Origin: an uncultured Verrucomicrobiae bacterium
GTDB taxonomy: Bacteria; Verrucomicrobiota; Verrucomicrobiia; Chthoniobacterales; UBA10450
DNA length: 64,000 nucleotides
Direction: 5' to 3'
Assembly (NCBI GenBank): GCA_963834385.1
Contig: CAWIBO010000002.1
Coordinates: 96,001 to 160,000, forward strand
Shown here: positions 63,578 to 64,000 of the stretch, one piece after another
Layout of the letters: every line of letters starts with the position of its first letter
Numbering within the stretch: position 1 is the first letter of the stretch
Translations under genes and position numbers: made by a program
Notes under the pieces: generated by a model
The model's database searches: none
What the model was told of the DNA's origin: nothing
The model's input: only the letters and a program-made list of their open reading frames with translations

Positions 63578-64000
63578 AGTTCGCCAACGTTATCGCCAGC
63601 GGCGGGGAATGGCTCCGGGGCGAGGGCCCGCATCACCAGATCGTGGTGAGCAGCCGGGTCCGCCTCGCGCGCAATCTGCGTCATCGCGCCTTCCCCGGCT
63701 GGGCCAAGAAAGCGGAGCGGACCCAGGTGCTGGAATTGATCAAGCCGCAGGTGGAGGAACTGCCCGAGATGCAGGATTCCTTCTCCGAGATGCTGCAGGA
63801 TCTCTCCGCCCTGGAAAAACAGGTCCTGGTGGAGCGTCATCTCATCAGCCGGGAACACGCGGCCAAAAGCATCGGCAGCGGGGTGGTCATGAACCGCCGC
63901 CAGACTCTCAGTATCATGATCAACGAAGAGGACCACCTGCGCATGCAATCGATCCGCTCGGGTCTCCAGCTCAAGAGCGCCTACAAGCTGGTCGACAAGG
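63574..64000 (+). CDS. mcsB: Protein-arginine kinase McsB (runs off the right edge)
   Basis: Manual translation: IVVSSRVRLARNL, LVERHLIS, SIMINEEDHLRMQ. Confidence 0.95.
   Translation, partial: MKFANVIASGGEWLRGEGPHHQIVVSSRVRLARNLRHRAFPGWAKKAERTQVLELIKPQVEELPEMQDSFSEMLQDLSALEKQVLVERHLISREHAAKSIGSGVVMNRRQTLSIMINEEDHLRMQSIRSGLQLKSAYKLVDK

Overview
This is a 64-kb, GC-rich bacterial chromosomal window, most likely from Verrucomicrobiota (Chthoniobacterales-like). That assignment is inferred from the tandem 'N(V/I)STRG' secreted module, mcsA-mcsB and the gene repertoire. The backbone is housekeeping: plsX-fabH, tatD, gmd, rph, rpsA, cystathionine beta-synthase and gamma-lyase, aroC, gatB, purL-purF-purM, tal, trmL, ilvE and mcsA-mcsB. 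Accessory content: (i) an approximately 8.7-kb sulfane-sulfur handling island with an ArsR regulator, a CstB-like persulfide dioxygenase-rhodanese, two split YeeE/YedE pairs, TauE, DUF442, a secreted 5'-nucleotidase-family enzyme, TlpA, DsrE and DUF2892; (ii) a small GIY-YIG nuclease gene between two direct copies of a (C/T)GTC-tagged palindromic repeat module, with an enzyme-less copy 3.3 kb away, which is the best candidate for an undescribed REP-mobilising system; (iii) intergenic hotspots where several unrelated short repeat families are nested; (iv) a SET-domain gene and a RelE-type toxin remnant hidden by indels and absent from the ORF track; (v) ECF sigma/anti-sigma/PDZ and DUF4097/duplicated-permease envelope modules. 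About nine genes carry indels, which probably reflect long-read consensus error. No rRNA, tRNA, CRISPR array or transposase was recognised. All family assignments come from motif recognition by eye, not database searches.
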